Shown: positions 10,196 to 21,885 of the stretch, piece by piece
Layout: each line of letters opens with the position of its first letter
Numbering within the stretch: position 1 is the stretch's first letter
Assembly: GCA_965221955.1 (NCBI GenBank)
Contig: CBDCTA010000029.1
Coordinates: 352,001 to 416,000, forward strand
Direction: 5' to 3'
Source: Gammaproteobacteria bacterium
Lineage (GTDB): Bacteria; Pseudomonadota; Gammaproteobacteria; UBA4575
DNA length: 64,000 bases
Position numbers and translations under genes: made by a program
Notes under the pieces: model-generated
What the model was told of the DNA's origin: nothing
The model's database searches: none
The model's input: the letters and a program-made list of their open reading frames with translations, nothing else

Positions 10196-10741
10196 TTATT
10201 GATCGTTAGTGATATCTTGTTCGGTATTTTCTTTAACGGTTTCTGGGAAAACAGTGATATTGACTCGGTCGTTACCAGAAGTGCTACCGGCTTGAACAAC
10301 TTCTTTATCTGTAAAGAAAGTAATTTTATCACTTGCAAAAGTATTACCTGCTTCAGTTAATTTTGCATTGTTAGTTAAGACTATTTTATTGCCAGTGATG
10401 CTATACACCATTTTTTCTGCTTCAGCATTAATAAGTCGTCCATCATCTGTTTTTTGTTTGAAAGTGCTTAAGTTACCCACAGCAATAATTTTCTTAACTT
10501 TTTTATTCGCGGTTTCAAGCACAACGGTATTCCCCGTTAGTCGCATACTGCCTTGAGTAATCACAACATTACCTCTGTATGTGCTTATCCCAGTCGCATC
10601 ATTAATTTCTGCTGAGTCGGCTTGAATATTGATGGGTTTGTTCGAGTCATCGGTGAGGGCTATCGCATAGCTACTACAAAAAAGCACTAGGTTGAAGGTG
10701 CATATAATTTTTATTATATGACGAGTTATCTTATGGATCAT
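10196..10741 (-). CDS. lptA: LPS transport periplasmic protein LptA
   Basis: Signal peptide, PINIQADS, YRGNVVITQG; between lptC and lptB; start taken at ATG 10741. Confidence 0.9.
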   Translation of the reverse strand: MIHKITRHIIKIICTFNLVLFCSSYAIALTDDSNKPINIQADSAEINDATGISTYRGNVVITQGSMRLTGNTVVLETANKKVKKIIAVGNLSTFKQKTDDGRLINAEAEKMVYSITGNKIVLTNNAKLTEAGNTFASDKITFFTDKEVVQAGSTSGNDRVNITVFPETVKENTEQDITNDQ

Positions 10742-11294
10742 AACGACCCTTAACATTGTTATGCAGGTGTAAAATTTTATTATTTAAATTTAATGTCATG
10801 CCTAAGGCTGTAATTTTTTGTGATCCACGCGTTGCGGTAACGGGTAAATCAGTAGTGACCTGTTGCTGACTTTGTGAAACAGTAAGTCTATCGGTAAAAA
10901 TGTTTAATGGATATGGTTCTTCATCTGTGGGAGCTTGCTGAATTTCCACCTCACCGATTAAAGTGATGACATCATTTTCATTATAAGTTTCACCCTTTTT
11001 AGATGTGGCGTAAATCTTACTGCCTTCGCTGTTATAGATGATGATATTGGGTGAATCAAACTCACTCATTTGTTCATGATGATAAAGCCAATACTTAGGT
11101 GCTGACAATTTATATTGCGGCTGCCCTAAAGGGGAATTAATCACCATGTTGATGTTTTCAAAACTAACTGTAGGTTTATCGCTAGAGACAGCCATTGGGG
11201 CTTCTGCATAATTTTCACGCTGATTGAAAAAAAACAAGGTAAGCACACCACCAGCTATGATAAGACAGAATATCCAGATTATTCTAAACGACAT
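10731..11294 (-). CDS. lptC: LPS export protein LptC
   Basis: Single N-terminal TM helix and C-terminal NVKGRY; synteny kdsC-lptC-lptA-lptB. Confidence 0.88.
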   Translation of the reverse strand: MSFRIIWIFCLIIAGGVLTLFFFNQRENYAEAPMAVSSDKPTVSFENINMVINSPLGQPQYKLSAPKYWLYHHEQMSEFDSPNIIIYNSEGSKIYATSKKGETYNENDVITLIGEVEIQQAPTDEEPYPLNIFTDRLTVSQSQQQVTTDLPVTATRGSQKITALGMTLNLNNKILHLHNNVKGRYDP

Positions 11295-11297
11295 GCG

Positions 11298-11840
11298 TCA
11301 AGAGCCTTTGTTGAGGTTATATTCCAGTGCTTGTTGTAATAGACCTTGCGATTCTAGTAACAGTTCACATACTTCACGAACTGCGCCATGTCCGCCTCTT
11401 GCTGTAGTCTGCCAGTGTGCATGTTGTTTCACAAAATCGTGCGCGTTTGCAACGGCAATACTCAAGCCGCATTGTGACATGACTTGTAAATCGACAATAT
11501 CATCACCTACGAATGAAGTTTGTTCGTTATTTAAGTTTAGTTTTTTTAATAAACCTTGAAATACAGATTGTTTATCAATAACGCTTTGATAAACATGTTC
11601 TACATTTAAATCTTGCATGCGATGTGTAAGTGCTTTTGAGCTGCGTCCAGTGATGACACCTACTTGAATACCATAATGTTGCAGCAGGCGTATGCCATGT
11701 CCATCTTGAGTGTTAAACGTTTTAACTTCCTCGCCTTGCGCATCAATATGAATGTTGCCATCTGTAAGCACTCCATCCACATCAAATAATGCTAGGCGAA
11801 CTTGTTTAGCACGTTCTTGTATTTCTGTTTTAATATCCAC
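11298..11840 (-). CDS. kdsC: KDO 8-phosphate phosphatase
   Basis: FDVDGVLTDG, ITGR, VGDD, GGHGAVRE. Confidence 0.95.
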   Translation of the reverse strand: MDIKTEIQERAKQVRLALFDVDGVLTDGNIHIDAQGEEVKTFNTQDGHGIRLLQHYGIQVGVITGRSSKALTHRMQDLNVEHVYQSVIDKQSVFQGLLKKLNLNNEQTSFVGDDIVDLQVMSQCGLSIAVANAHDFVKQHAHWQTTARGGHGAVREVCELLLESQGLLQQALEYNLNKGS

Positions 11841-12785
11841 TTATGATGTCTGAATAAAAATGAGGTAGATGTAAGTAAAGTATCCGCCGAGAAATAGTAA
11901 CCCGAAAACGCGTGGAATATATCGATTACGTAAAAATATCAACACTAAAATAAATAACATAGCTGTTGCGATTAGCATTGCAGGGAAGTCACGCTCAAAA
12001 ATCTCACCAGGTAACGAATATCCAGCGATCAAACTAGCAACGCCAGTAACGCCGAGCGTATTAAAAATATTTGAGCCAACAATATTCCCTAGTGCAAGCT
12101 CGCTGTGTTTTTTTAACGCGCTCGCAACACACGTGGCAAGCTCCGGCAAGCTCGTCCCAATCGCAATAATAGTTAAACCGATTATTAAATCACTCACGCC
12201 TAAGAATTTGGCGATGCCTACGGCAGACCAAACGACTAATTTTGAACTTAATAGCAGCACTATAAGGCCGACTAGTAAGCCAATAACTACTTTTTTAATA
12301 GATTGAGTGTTAGTTGCGTTATCATCAGTTTGTTCTGAATTATTTTCAAAGCGCGCTAACAGATAGAATGTAACGATTAAAGCAAAAAATAAAATCATGC
12401 CATCAATTAAATTTAATTGTCGGTCATAAATTTGCAAACTCAATAATGTGGTTGCCCCAAGTAATAGTAAAAAATTTCTATGTATGATTTGTGCATTAAT
12501 CTCTAATGGTAAAATACATAATGTTGCACCGAGAACGAGTAATATATTGGTAATGTTGGAGCCAATTGCATTGCCGATTGCTAAGCCTGAATTGCCTTGC
12601 AAGGCCGATAAGGCGGAGACCAGCAGTTCGGGTGCAGAGGTGCCAAAACCGAGAATCACAATGCCGATTAGAATCTTTGGTAGATTAAAATACTGACCCA
12701 CTAATAGTGCCTCATCCGCAAAACGGTTAGCGCTCCACATCAGTAGCAAAAACCCTATGAGTAGGGCAGCAATAAAGGTCAACAT
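11841..12785 (-). CDS. yrbG: Calcium/sodium antiporter (YrbG, CaCA family)
   Basis: Two alpha repeats, GTSAPE...GSN and GTSLPE...GSN. Confidence 0.93.
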   Translation of the reverse strand: MLTFIAALLIGFLLLMWSANRFADEALLVGQYFNLPKILIGIVILGFGTSAPELLVSALSALQGNSGLAIGNAIGSNITNILLVLGATLCILPLEINAQIIHRNFLLLLGATTLLSLQIYDRQLNLIDGMILFFALIVTFYLLARFENNSEQTDDNATNTQSIKKVVIGLLVGLIVLLLSSKLVVWSAVGIAKFLGVSDLIIGLTIIAIGTSLPELATCVASALKKHSELALGNIVGSNIFNTLGVTGVASLIAGYSLPGEIFERDFPAMLIATAMLFILVLIFLRNRYIPRVFGLLFLGGYFTYIYLIFIQTS

Positions 12786-12983
12786 ATATTCGTTTTTAGC
12801 TTTTGGTTTATCGGCTTACTAATTGTTGAATGGAAACTGATTTTAGAGTGTGTACATCGCCAAGCATACTATAAGCAGGTATGATATTCGGCTTAAATTA
12901 TGTAGAAAGAGTCGTTAGGATTAAGTGTGTGATTCTTGCGCAACTGAATTGACACTAATCCGTGATATACAAGAACAACAATA

Positions 12984-13781
12984 GTGGAATCGATTGTACA
13001 AATTCGTGACCTGCATTTTTCGCGAGGTACGCACAAAATTTTCAATGGCATCAGCCTAGATATTCGCGCTGGGCAAGTGACAGCGTTTATGGGTCCTAGT
13101 GGCACTGGGAAGACAACCTTATTAAAACTCATTGGTGGTCAATTGCGCCCAGAAAAAGGTACGGTGCATGTGTTCGGTGAAGATATACATCATGTGAACC
13201 AAGATACGCTTTATTCAGTGCGCAAGAAGATGGGTATGCTTTTTCAAAGTGGTGCCTTGTTAACGGATTTAAATGTATTTGAGAATGTAGCGTTTCCGTT
13301 GCGAGAACATACCCAATTACCCGAACAGATAATTCGCGATTTAGTGCTGCTCAAACTCGAATCAGTTGGCTTGCGGGGTGCGCGCAAGTTGATGCCGAGT
13401 CAATTGTCTGGTGGTATGTCTAGACGAGTCGCATTGGCAAGAGCAATCGTGCTTGATCCAGACATGATTATGTATGACGAGCCTTTCACTGGTTTGGACC
13501 CAATCACTAAAGGCACTATTGTCACCTTAATTAAAGGGCTAAATGAAACTATGGGTTTGACCAGTGTTATTGTCTCTCATGATGTTGATGAGACTTTGTC
13601 GATCGCAGACTATATTTATGTCATTTCTGAGGGCGAGATTGTTGAATCTGGAACATCGGAGCATTTATCGACAAGTACATCCAATTGGATGCAGCAATTT
13701 TTGCAAGGTTTGCCCGATGGGCCCGTTCCATTTCATTATCCATCAGATGAATTTAAAGCAGATTTATTAGTAGGAAGGTAA
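12984..13781 (+). CDS. mlaF: Mla phospholipid transport ATPase
   Basis: [21 protein letters not shown]-terminal DGPVPFHYP. Confidence 0.95.
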   Translation: MESIVQIRDLHFSRGTHKIFNGISLDIRAGQVTAFMGPSGTGKTTLLKLIGGQLRPEKGTVHVFGEDIHHVNQDTLYSVRKKMGMLFQSGALLTDLNVFENVAFPLREHTQLPEQIIRDLVLLKLESVGLRGARKLMPSQLSGGMSRRVALARAIVLDPDMIMYDEPFTGLDPITKGTIVTLIKGLNETMGLTSVIVSHDVDETLSIADYIYVISEGEIVESGTSEHLSTSTSNWMQQFLQGLPDGPVPFHYPSDEFKADLLVGR

Positions 13782-14566
13782 TGATAACTTCAGCACTGCA
13801 AAATATCGGAGCCCGTGCCTTAGGTGTTTTTGAAAATCTTGGTTATGCGTCGATATTTTTTGCCAAAATTATCGTAGCGATCCCGCATGCTCTGACAAGA
13901 CCGCGATTGATTATTAAAGAAATTTACTCCATTGGCGTTTTATCACTCACCATTATTGTTGTATCTGGTCTTTTTGTGGGCATGGTATTAGGTCTGCAAG
14001 GATATATAACCTTGGTGGACTTTGGCGCTGAAGAGTCACTAGGGGTTGTGGTCGCGATGACTTTAGTGCGTGAATTAGGTCCTGTTGTAACGGCATTATT
14101 ATTTGCAGGTCGAGCAGGTTCTGCATTGTCAGCGGAAATTGGATTGATGAAAGCCACCGAACAGCTCTCAAGTATGGAAATGATGGCAGTGGATCCAATT
14201 CGACGCATCATTACACCGCGCTTTATTGGCGGCTTTATTTCTGTGCCTTTGCTTACTGCAATTTTTACAGCAGTTGGAATTTTAGGGGGAAGGTTTGTAG
14301 GTGTCGGTTTATTAGGGATTGATGAGGGCTCCTATTGGTCACAAATGCAAGCCAATGTTGATCTACTTGATGACGTAGCAAATGGCATGATTAAAGGAGT
14401 CGTGTTCGCAGTTGCATGTGTATGGATTGCGTTATACAAAGGCTATTCTGCCATTCCAACTGCAGAAGGTATCAGTTTGGCAACTACACATACTGTTGTT
14501 AATTCTGCATTAGCCGTATTGGGCTTAGATTTTGTTTTAACTGCTTTGATGTTCGGTGATCTTTAA
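13781..14566 (+). CDS. mlaE: Mla permease
   Basis: [24 protein letters not shown]. Confidence 0.96.
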   Translation: MITSALQNIGARALGVFENLGYASIFFAKIIVAIPHALTRPRLIIKEIYSIGVLSLTIIVVSGLFVGMVLGLQGYITLVDFGAEESLGVVVAMTLVRELGPVVTALLFAGRAGSALSAEIGLMKATEQLSSMEMMAVDPIRRIITPRFIGGFISVPLLTAIFTAVGILGGRFVGVGLLGIDEGSYWSQMQANVDLLDDVANGMIKGVVFAVACVWIALYKGYSAIPTAEGISLATTHTVVNSALAVLGLDFVLTALMFGDL

Positions 14567-14605
14567 GTAAACGTTATATTTGAAAATAATAATAGGTATT
14601 TAATT

Positions 14606-15064
14606 ATGACAACCCGCTTTATTGAAATCATGGTAGGACTTTTTGTCGTACTAGGGTTTTTAGCTTTATTTATGTTAGCGATGAAAGTAAGCAACTTAAG
14701 TCGATTAACAAGCAATGAGGGTTACGAAGTGACAGCGTATTTTGAAAATATTGGTGGATTAAAAGTGCGATCACCAGTAACCGTTTCAGGTGTGCGTGTA
14801 GGACAGATTACAGAAATTGTTTATGACGAGAATCGCTATGAAGCAAAAGTTGTAATGCGCATTCAATCTGAGCATGATTATTTTCCGATAGACACCACTG
14901 CTAGCATCTACACTGCGGGATTGCTGGGTGAGCAATACGTAGCGTTAGAGCCGGGAGCAGAGGACGATGTGCTCACCACAGGTGATACAATAGAATTTAC
15001 GCAATCTGCTCTAGTATTAGAGGAAATAATTGGCAAAATTGTTGTCAAACTAACGTCTGGGTAA
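14606..15064 (+). CDS. mlaD: MCE-domain protein MlaD
   Basis: FENIGGLKVRSPV, TAGLLGEQY. Confidence 0.95.
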   Translation: MTTRFIEIMVGLFVVLGFLALFMLAMKVSNLSRLTSNEGYEVTAYFENIGGLKVRSPVTVSGVRVGQITEIVYDENRYEAKVVMRIQSEHDYFPIDTTASIYTAGLLGEQYVALEPGAEDDVLTTGDTIEFTQSALVLEEIIGKIVVKLTSG

Positions 15065-15135
15065 TATAGGCGTCTATAAGCCATTGATTTATATAGCAGC
15101 TACTTTCGTGCTGTACAATTTTAGGGAGTTTCACA

Positions 15136-15795
15136 GTGACTAAGCACCTGTCTCAAAAATTTATTCTATTTTTATTCGTAGCACTGCTGGTGTTTGCGAA
15201 CACATTTGTGTTTGCTATCGATGAACGTACGCCTGAGCAAATCGTTGAAGAGACTTCTTCAACGGTTCTAAATACAATTAACGAAGACAATGATCAGCTG
15301 CGTGAAGACCCAGCTTTAATCAATGCTTTGATTAATGATACGGTGATCCCCATTATTGATCTAGATTCAATGGGAAAATTAATTTTAGGTAAATATTGGA
15401 AAAAAGCTTCTGAACAACAGCGTGCTAGTTTTATTGCAGAGTTTAAAGATATGTTAATTCGCACTTATGCGAAATCATTGGTGGACTACGGGCATGCAAA
15501 AATAACAGTATTACCTAATCGTGATAAAGAGCAGGGAAAGTATTACACCGTGCAATCAGAGCTTGATGTAGGTTCAGGAAAAGCACCTTTACAGGTTGCG
15601 TATATTTTTCGTAAAAACAAACAAGAAGAGTGGAAAGTCTTTGACCTCGCCGTGGATGGGTTGAGTCTTGTTAAAAATTTTCGCACTAGTTTTGGTCAAG
15701 AAATTAAAGAAACTTCTTTGGATGCATTGATTGCACGCCTAGCGAACACGAATAAAACTGGCACAACTGATGAAGTTGCTGAAGAAGCGGGGTAG
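15136..15795 (+). CDS. mlaC: Periplasmic phospholipid shuttle MlaC
   Basis: Signal peptide, LGKYW, WKVFDLAVDGLS; synteny. Confidence 0.92.
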   Translation: MTKHLSQKFILFLFVALLVFANTFVFAIDERTPEQIVEETSSTVLNTINEDNDQLREDPALINALINDTVIPIIDLDSMGKLILGKYWKKASEQQRASFIAEFKDMLIRTYAKSLVDYGHAKITVLPNRDKEQGKYYTVQSELDVGSGKAPLQVAYIFRKNKQEEWKVFDLAVDGLSLVKNFRTSFGQEIKETSLDALIARLANTNKTGTTDEVAEEAG

Positions 15796-15842
15796 CTCTA
15801 TTATATAATTTTCCTAAGGAAAATTTTCTTAGCTTAAAAGTT

Positions 15843-16142
15843 GTGTCCGAATTCAAACCTATAGAGCCTGGACGATTTAGTCTTTCTGGTGATCTCACAT
15901 TCGCAAGCGTACCCATGGTATGGGAGCAAGCTCGAAAAATGCTATTAGATGTTTATGAAGACGAAGTAGAAATTGATATCGGTGCCACACAGAAATTTGA
16001 TAGCAGTGGCCTTGCACTGTTAGTGGCCTGGTCGCGTTGGGCGCATTGCAATAAAAAAGTGCTAACCTTTCGTAATCCCACTGAACGAGCATACAAGCTG
16101 ATTGAGATTAACAAGCTTCAAGATATATTAAAAACCGCTTAA
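15843..16142 (+). CDS. mlaB: STAS-domain protein MlaB
   Basis: LSGDL and DSSGLALL STAS motif; synteny. Confidence 0.88.
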   Translation: MSEFKPIEPGRFSLSGDLTFASVPMVWEQARKMLLDVYEDEVEIDIGATQKFDSSGLALLVAWSRWAHCNKKVLTFRNPTERAYKLIEINKLQDILKTA

Positions 16143-16262
16143 GCAAGGGTATCGTTCTTAGCTTACTTTTATTTGTGTACTAGTATCTAGCAAGTGGGTT
16201 CGCTAAGATCTCTTCTTTCATCAATCTGTTCTATAACAAATTTTCATCTATCATTTCCGTAG

Positions 16263-17525
<1,263 letters not shown>

Positions 17526-17534
17526 AATATTTTT

Positions 17535-18185
17535 ATGTCTACAGAAGCTAATTCAACCATTACTACGATTGCGGTTTCAAAAGGGCGTATCTTTGATGAG
17601 AGTCGTGAGCTTTTAGAAAAAATAGGTATTACGGTTGCACAAAAAGATCTCGATGGTCGTAAGTTAGTATTGCCTACTAATAAAGATGATGTGCGTTTGT
17701 TAATTATTCGTGCGACAGATGTACCTACCTATGTTCAATATGGTGCAGCCGAACTTGGGGTCGTGGGTAAAGATACTTTAATGGAGTTTGCAGGTGATGG
17801 AATTTATGAACCGTTGGATTTAGGCATTGCGAAGTGCAAACTTATGGTGGCAGGTGTAGAAGGCAAAATGATTGAGAGTCGTCGTATGCGTGTTGCAACA
17901 AAATATTTGCAAAGCACGCGGCGTTATTTTGCTTCTAAGGGCCAGCAAGTTGAATTGATTAAGCTTTATGGTTCTATGGAGCTCGCGCCTTTACTTGGAC
18001 TCGCCGACTGCATTGTGGATTTAGTGGCTACGGGCGGAACCCTGAAGGCAAATGGCTTGGTGGCCACAGAGCACATTGCCGATATCAGCTCACGACTGAT
18101 CGTCAACAAGGCAGCAATGAAGATAAAATCTGCTACACTTAAACCCTTAATTGAACAATTTAAGCTAGCTGTCGAGAAACCATAG
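17535..18185 (+). CDS. hisG: ATP phosphoribosyltransferase, short (HisZ-dependent) form
   Basis: [21 protein letters not shown]...[10 protein letters not shown]; 216 aa. Confidence 0.96.
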   Translation: MSTEANSTITTIAVSKGRIFDESRELLEKIGITVAQKDLDGRKLVLPTNKDDVRLLIIRATDVPTYVQYGAAELGVVGKDTLMEFAGDGIYEPLDLGIAKCKLMVAGVEGKMIESRRMRVATKYLQSTRRYFASKGQQVELIKLYGSMELAPLLGLADCIVDLVATGGTLKANGLVATEHIADISSRLIVNKAAMKIKSATLKPLIEQFKLAVEKP

Positions 18186-18246
18186 GATTTCTCATAGAAT
18201 TAAAAAAGAAAATTTCCCATAAGAATAATTAGCGTCAGGTACGATC

Positions 18247-19326
18247 ATGCAACATCAAACGGACGATCTCAGAATTGTAGCAATGAAGGAAGTCATTGCG
18301 CCTTCTGAATTACATAAAGAACTCCCCATTAGCGAACAATCTGCACAATGTGTATTTACAGCACGTAGTGCAGTACAAAAAATCCTACATGGTGAAGATG
18401 ACCGTTTGTTAGTCATTGTAGGCCCATGTTCAATTCATGACCCTGAAGCTGCATGGGAGTATGCAACGCGTCTAGCGAAAGTACGCGATGAAGTTGCTGG
18501 CGACTTGATGATTATCATGCGTGTGTACTTTGAAAAGCCACGGACTACAGTGGGGTGGAAGGGTCTGATTAATGATCCTAATTTAGATGACAGTTTTGAA
18601 ATTAATAAAGGTTTGCGCGTTGCACGTAAGTTATTACTTGATTTGAATGAATCAGGTATGCCGGCAGGTACAGAATATTTAGACTTAATTAGCCCACAAT
18701 ATGTTGCTGACCTTGTAAGTTGGGGGGCAATCGGTGCGCGTACAACTGAAAGTCAGGTGCATAGAGAATTATCTTCTGGTTTGTCTTGTCCTGTTGGTTT
18801 TAAAAATGCTACCGATGGTGGATTACAAGTTGCAGTAGATGCAATTGGTTCTGCTATGAATCCTCACCACTTTTTATCAGTGACTAAAGAAGGCAAGTCG
18901 GCAATCTTTTCTACAGCAGGCAATAAAGATTGTCATATTATTTTGCGTGGAGGCAGTGATCAACCTAACTACAGTCCTGAGAGCATCAATGAATCATCTG
19001 CTCTGCTTGAAAAGTCAGGTTTACCTGCACGCATTATGGTCGATCTTAGTCATGCAAACAGCCATAAGCAGCATGAAAAGCAAATGGAAGTAGGTGGGTC
19101 AGTTGCTCAACAATTGAGTAATGGTGATATGCGTATCTTTGGTGTGATGATCGAAAGTCATTTAGTGGGCGGTCGACAAAACGCTAAACCTGGTCAAGAA
19201 CTAACTTATGGGCAAAGTATTACCGATGCTTGTTTAGGCTGGGAAGATACTGAAACCTTATTACATACACTTGCAAACGCAGTGCGCGAACGACGACATA
19301 TTAAGTCTGCAGCAAGCGCGGCTTAG
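18247..19326 (+). CDS. aroG: DAHP synthase, class I-alpha
   Basis: GPCSIHD, RVYFEKPRTTVGWKG, IGARTTESQ, SITDAC. Confidence 0.95.
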   Translation: MQHQTDDLRIVAMKEVIAPSELHKELPISEQSAQCVFTARSAVQKILHGEDDRLLVIVGPCSIHDPEAAWEYATRLAKVRDEVAGDLMIIMRVYFEKPRTTVGWKGLINDPNLDDSFEINKGLRVARKLLLDLNESGMPAGTEYLDLISPQYVADLVSWGAIGARTTESQVHRELSSGLSCPVGFKNATDGGLQVAVDAIGSAMNPHHFLSVTKEGKSAIFSTAGNKDCHIILRGGSDQPNYSPESINESSALLEKSGLPARIMVDLSHANSHKQHEKQMEVGGSVAQQLSNGDMRIFGVMIESHLVGGRQNAKPGQELTYGQSITDACLGWEDTETLLHTLANAVRERRHIKSAASAA

Positions 19327-19344
19327 TTCCTTCATCAAAAACCC

Positions 19345-20640
19345 ATGCTGGAAGTGAGACGTCTTTCAACCTTAGACGCAGATTTCTCTGCGCAATTTAA
19401 TCATGTGCTACAACAAAATCAGTCGGCAGAAAACGATGTGCGCGCTACTGTTGAAGCCATTATAAAAAATGTACGAGACAATGGCGATCAAGCGTTACTG
19501 AACTATACAGAAAAATTTGATCAAGTCAGTGTAAAGCAAGTATCTGAATTAGAAATTTCAGCAGCACAAATGCAGGAATATGTAAGTCAGATTAATGACG
19601 AGCAACGCGATGCGCTTGAGATGGCAGCACAACGTATACGCGAATATGCTGAGCAACAAGGACTTGAATCTTGGTCAACGAAAGATGAAGATGGGAATGA
19701 GTTAGGTCAGCTTGTTACACCACTCGAAAAAGTTGGCGTATATGTGCCAGGAGGTAAGGCGGCCTATCCTTCTTCAGTTCTTATGAATACCATCCCTGCA
19801 AAAGTAGCAGGAGTGGATTCCATTTATATGGTGGTGCCAACCCCAAAAGGTGAGATTAATCCTTTAGTGATGGCAGCTGCATCAATTGCAGGTGTCGATC
19901 GAGCCTTTATGATTGGGGGTGCACAAGCAGTTGCTGCACTTGCTTATGGAACCGAAAGTATTCACAAGGTTGATAAAATTGTAGGACCGGGGAACGCCTA
20001 TGTTGCAAGTGCAAAACAACAAGTGTTTGGTCAGGTAGGGATCGATATGTTGGCGGGACCTTCAGAAGTGTTAGTGATTTGTGATGCGAGTGCCAATCCG
20101 GAATGGGTGGCGATGGATTTATTTTCTCAAGCTGAGCACGATGCTTATGCGCGTACAACATTGATTAGTACGCAGGCTGATTTTTTTGATCAAGTGCAAC
20201 AACAAATGCAAAGGCTGTTAAAAGAGTTGGACCGCGAAGAAATTATTACAAGTGCAATAAACAATTTTGGCGTATTTATACAAGTACAAGACCTATCTGA
20301 AGCAGCAGAACTCTCTAATCAAATTGCACCAGAACATTTAGAGTTATGTGTTGCGGAACCAGAGCAATTATTAAAAAAAATTCGTAATGCAGGTGCGGTG
20401 TTTTTAGGCCACTATTCACCAGAAGTATTTGGTGATTATTGTGCAGGACCGAATCATGTTTTGCCTACTGCAGGTACTGCACGTTTTTCTTCTCCTTTGG
20501 GTGTGTATGATTTTCAAAAACGTACCAGTGTAGTGAATTGCTCTAAAGCGGGCGCTAAAAAGTTAAGTGGTGTAGCGGCAACATTAGCACATGGTGAAGG
20601 TTTGACTGCGCATGCAAGGTCTGCTGAGTATAGAAAATAA
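19345..20640 (+). CDS. hisD: Histidinol dehydrogenase
   Basis: YVPGG, GPGN, AGPSE, QAEH, APEHL, GPNHVLPT. Confidence 0.97.
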   Translation: MLEVRRLSTLDADFSAQFNHVLQQNQSAENDVRATVEAIIKNVRDNGDQALLNYTEKFDQVSVKQVSELEISAAQMQEYVSQINDEQRDALEMAAQRIREYAEQQGLESWSTKDEDGNELGQLVTPLEKVGVYVPGGKAAYPSSVLMNTIPAKVAGVDSIYMVVPTPKGEINPLVMAAASIAGVDRAFMIGGAQAVAALAYGTESIHKVDKIVGPGNAYVASAKQQVFGQVGIDMLAGPSEVLVICDASANPEWVAMDLFSQAEHDAYARTTLISTQADFFDQVQQQMQRLLKELDREEIITSAINNFGVFIQVQDLSEAAELSNQIAPEHLELCVAEPEQLLKKIRNAGAVFLGHYSPEVFGDYCAGPNHVLPTAGTARFSSPLGVYDFQKRTSVVNCSKAGAKKLSGVAATLAHGEGLTAHARSAEYRK

Positions 20641-20666
20641 ATCTAGGTTTATTTAGCGAATTTAAT

Positions 20667-21755
20667 ATGGATATCACTCCAGAAAATTTGTTGCGCGCAG
20701 AGCTTGCTGCAATGCAGGCATATCAAGTACCGGATTCAAGCGGCTTAATTAAGTTAGACGCGATGGAAAATCCTTATACTTTTCCAATTTCTTTGCGTGA
20801 AAAATGGTTGGCTGAATTAAAGCAAGTCGAACTTAATCGTTATCCAAGTCCTCAAGCGTCTGAACTTAAAAAAACCTTTCAACAGGTTTTTACACTTTCA
20901 CCAAAGCTTGAAATGATGTTTGGCAATGGTTCGGATGAATTGATTCAGTTATTGATTATGGCGGTAGCTAAACCCAATGCTTTGATTCTGACTGTCACAC
21001 CAAGTTTTTCAATGTATAAGTTGATCGCTGAATATGTTGGAGTCAATGTTGTTGAAGTACCGTTGCAACAAGACAGTTTTGCATTGCAAACTGAATTGCT
21101 CGCGGCAATGATTCAAAAGCATAAACCCGCAATAATCTTTTTAGCTTGTCCAAATAATCCTACAGGCACGCTTTGGCCACAAGAAGAGATCGAAGAGGTC
21201 ATTAAGCAAGCAACCGGGTTAGTAGTCATTGATGAGGCCTATTCGCCTTTTGCGGCTTATTCCATGATGCCTCTAGTAGAGCGTTATCCACATGCTTTAT
21301 TAATGCGCACCGTTTCAAAAATGGGTCTAGCAGGCCTGCGCCTTGGCTGGTTGTTGGGTGATTCGAAATGGCTAGATGAGCTAAACAAAATGCGCCTGCC
21401 ATACAACATCAATGCCTTGACGCAAGCAAGTGCAAACTTTGCATTACAAAATATTGCGGTATTCAAAGAGCAAGCTGAAAAAATTTGTCAGCAGCGTGAA
21501 CAATTACTTAAATCGCTGCAGGCAATGAGAAATGTGAAGGTGTATCCAAGTCAGGCAAACTTTATTTTATTTAAAGTTTTAAAGGGTACTGCAGATGATG
21601 TGTATGAAAATTTATTAAAAAATAAAATCATTATAAAAAATGTTTCTAGCGGTCACTCTGGTAATGAACTACTAGAAAATTGTTTACGTGTTACGGTTGG
21701 AACTGAAGATGAGAACAACGCTTTTCTTACTGCATTAACATCGATACTGAAATAA
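20667..21755 (+). CDS. hisC: Histidinol-phosphate aminotransferase
   Basis: GNGSDE, PNNPTG, DEAY, RTVSK (PLP lysine). Confidence 0.96.
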   Translation: MDITPENLLRAELAAMQAYQVPDSSGLIKLDAMENPYTFPISLREKWLAELKQVELNRYPSPQASELKKTFQQVFTLSPKLEMMFGNGSDELIQLLIMAVAKPNALILTVTPSFSMYKLIAEYVGVNVVEVPLQQDSFALQTELLAAMIQKHKPAIIFLACPNNPTGTLWPQEEIEEVIKQATGLVVIDEAYSPFAAYSMMPLVERYPHALLMRTVSKMGLAGLRLGWLLGDSKWLDELNKMRLPYNINALTQASANFALQNIAVFKEQAEKICQQREQLLKSLQAMRNVKVYPSQANFILFKVLKGTADDVYENLLKNKIIIKNVSSGHSGNELLENCLRVTVGTEDENNAFLTALTSILK

Positions 21756-21758
21756 TTA

Positions 21759-21885
21759 CTAAAAAGCTCTGATTTATTCTGAAATGAGGCAAAAAATATC
21801 GAGAAGAGCAAGTGTATTAATTTATGCATGAGCGATTTTAAGACTATTTTTTAACGAAGTGGTCGGGATAAATCAGGGCTTTTAG
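21759..21885. repeat. 127-bp imperfect palindromic element (ERIC/RPE/MITE-like) between convergent hisC and degS
   Basis: Left arm AAAAGCTCTGATTTATTCTGA pairs with right arm TCGGGATAAATCAGGGCTTTT (21 bp, 3 G-U); inner AAAAAATA/TATTTTTT also pair. Confidence 0.65.
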
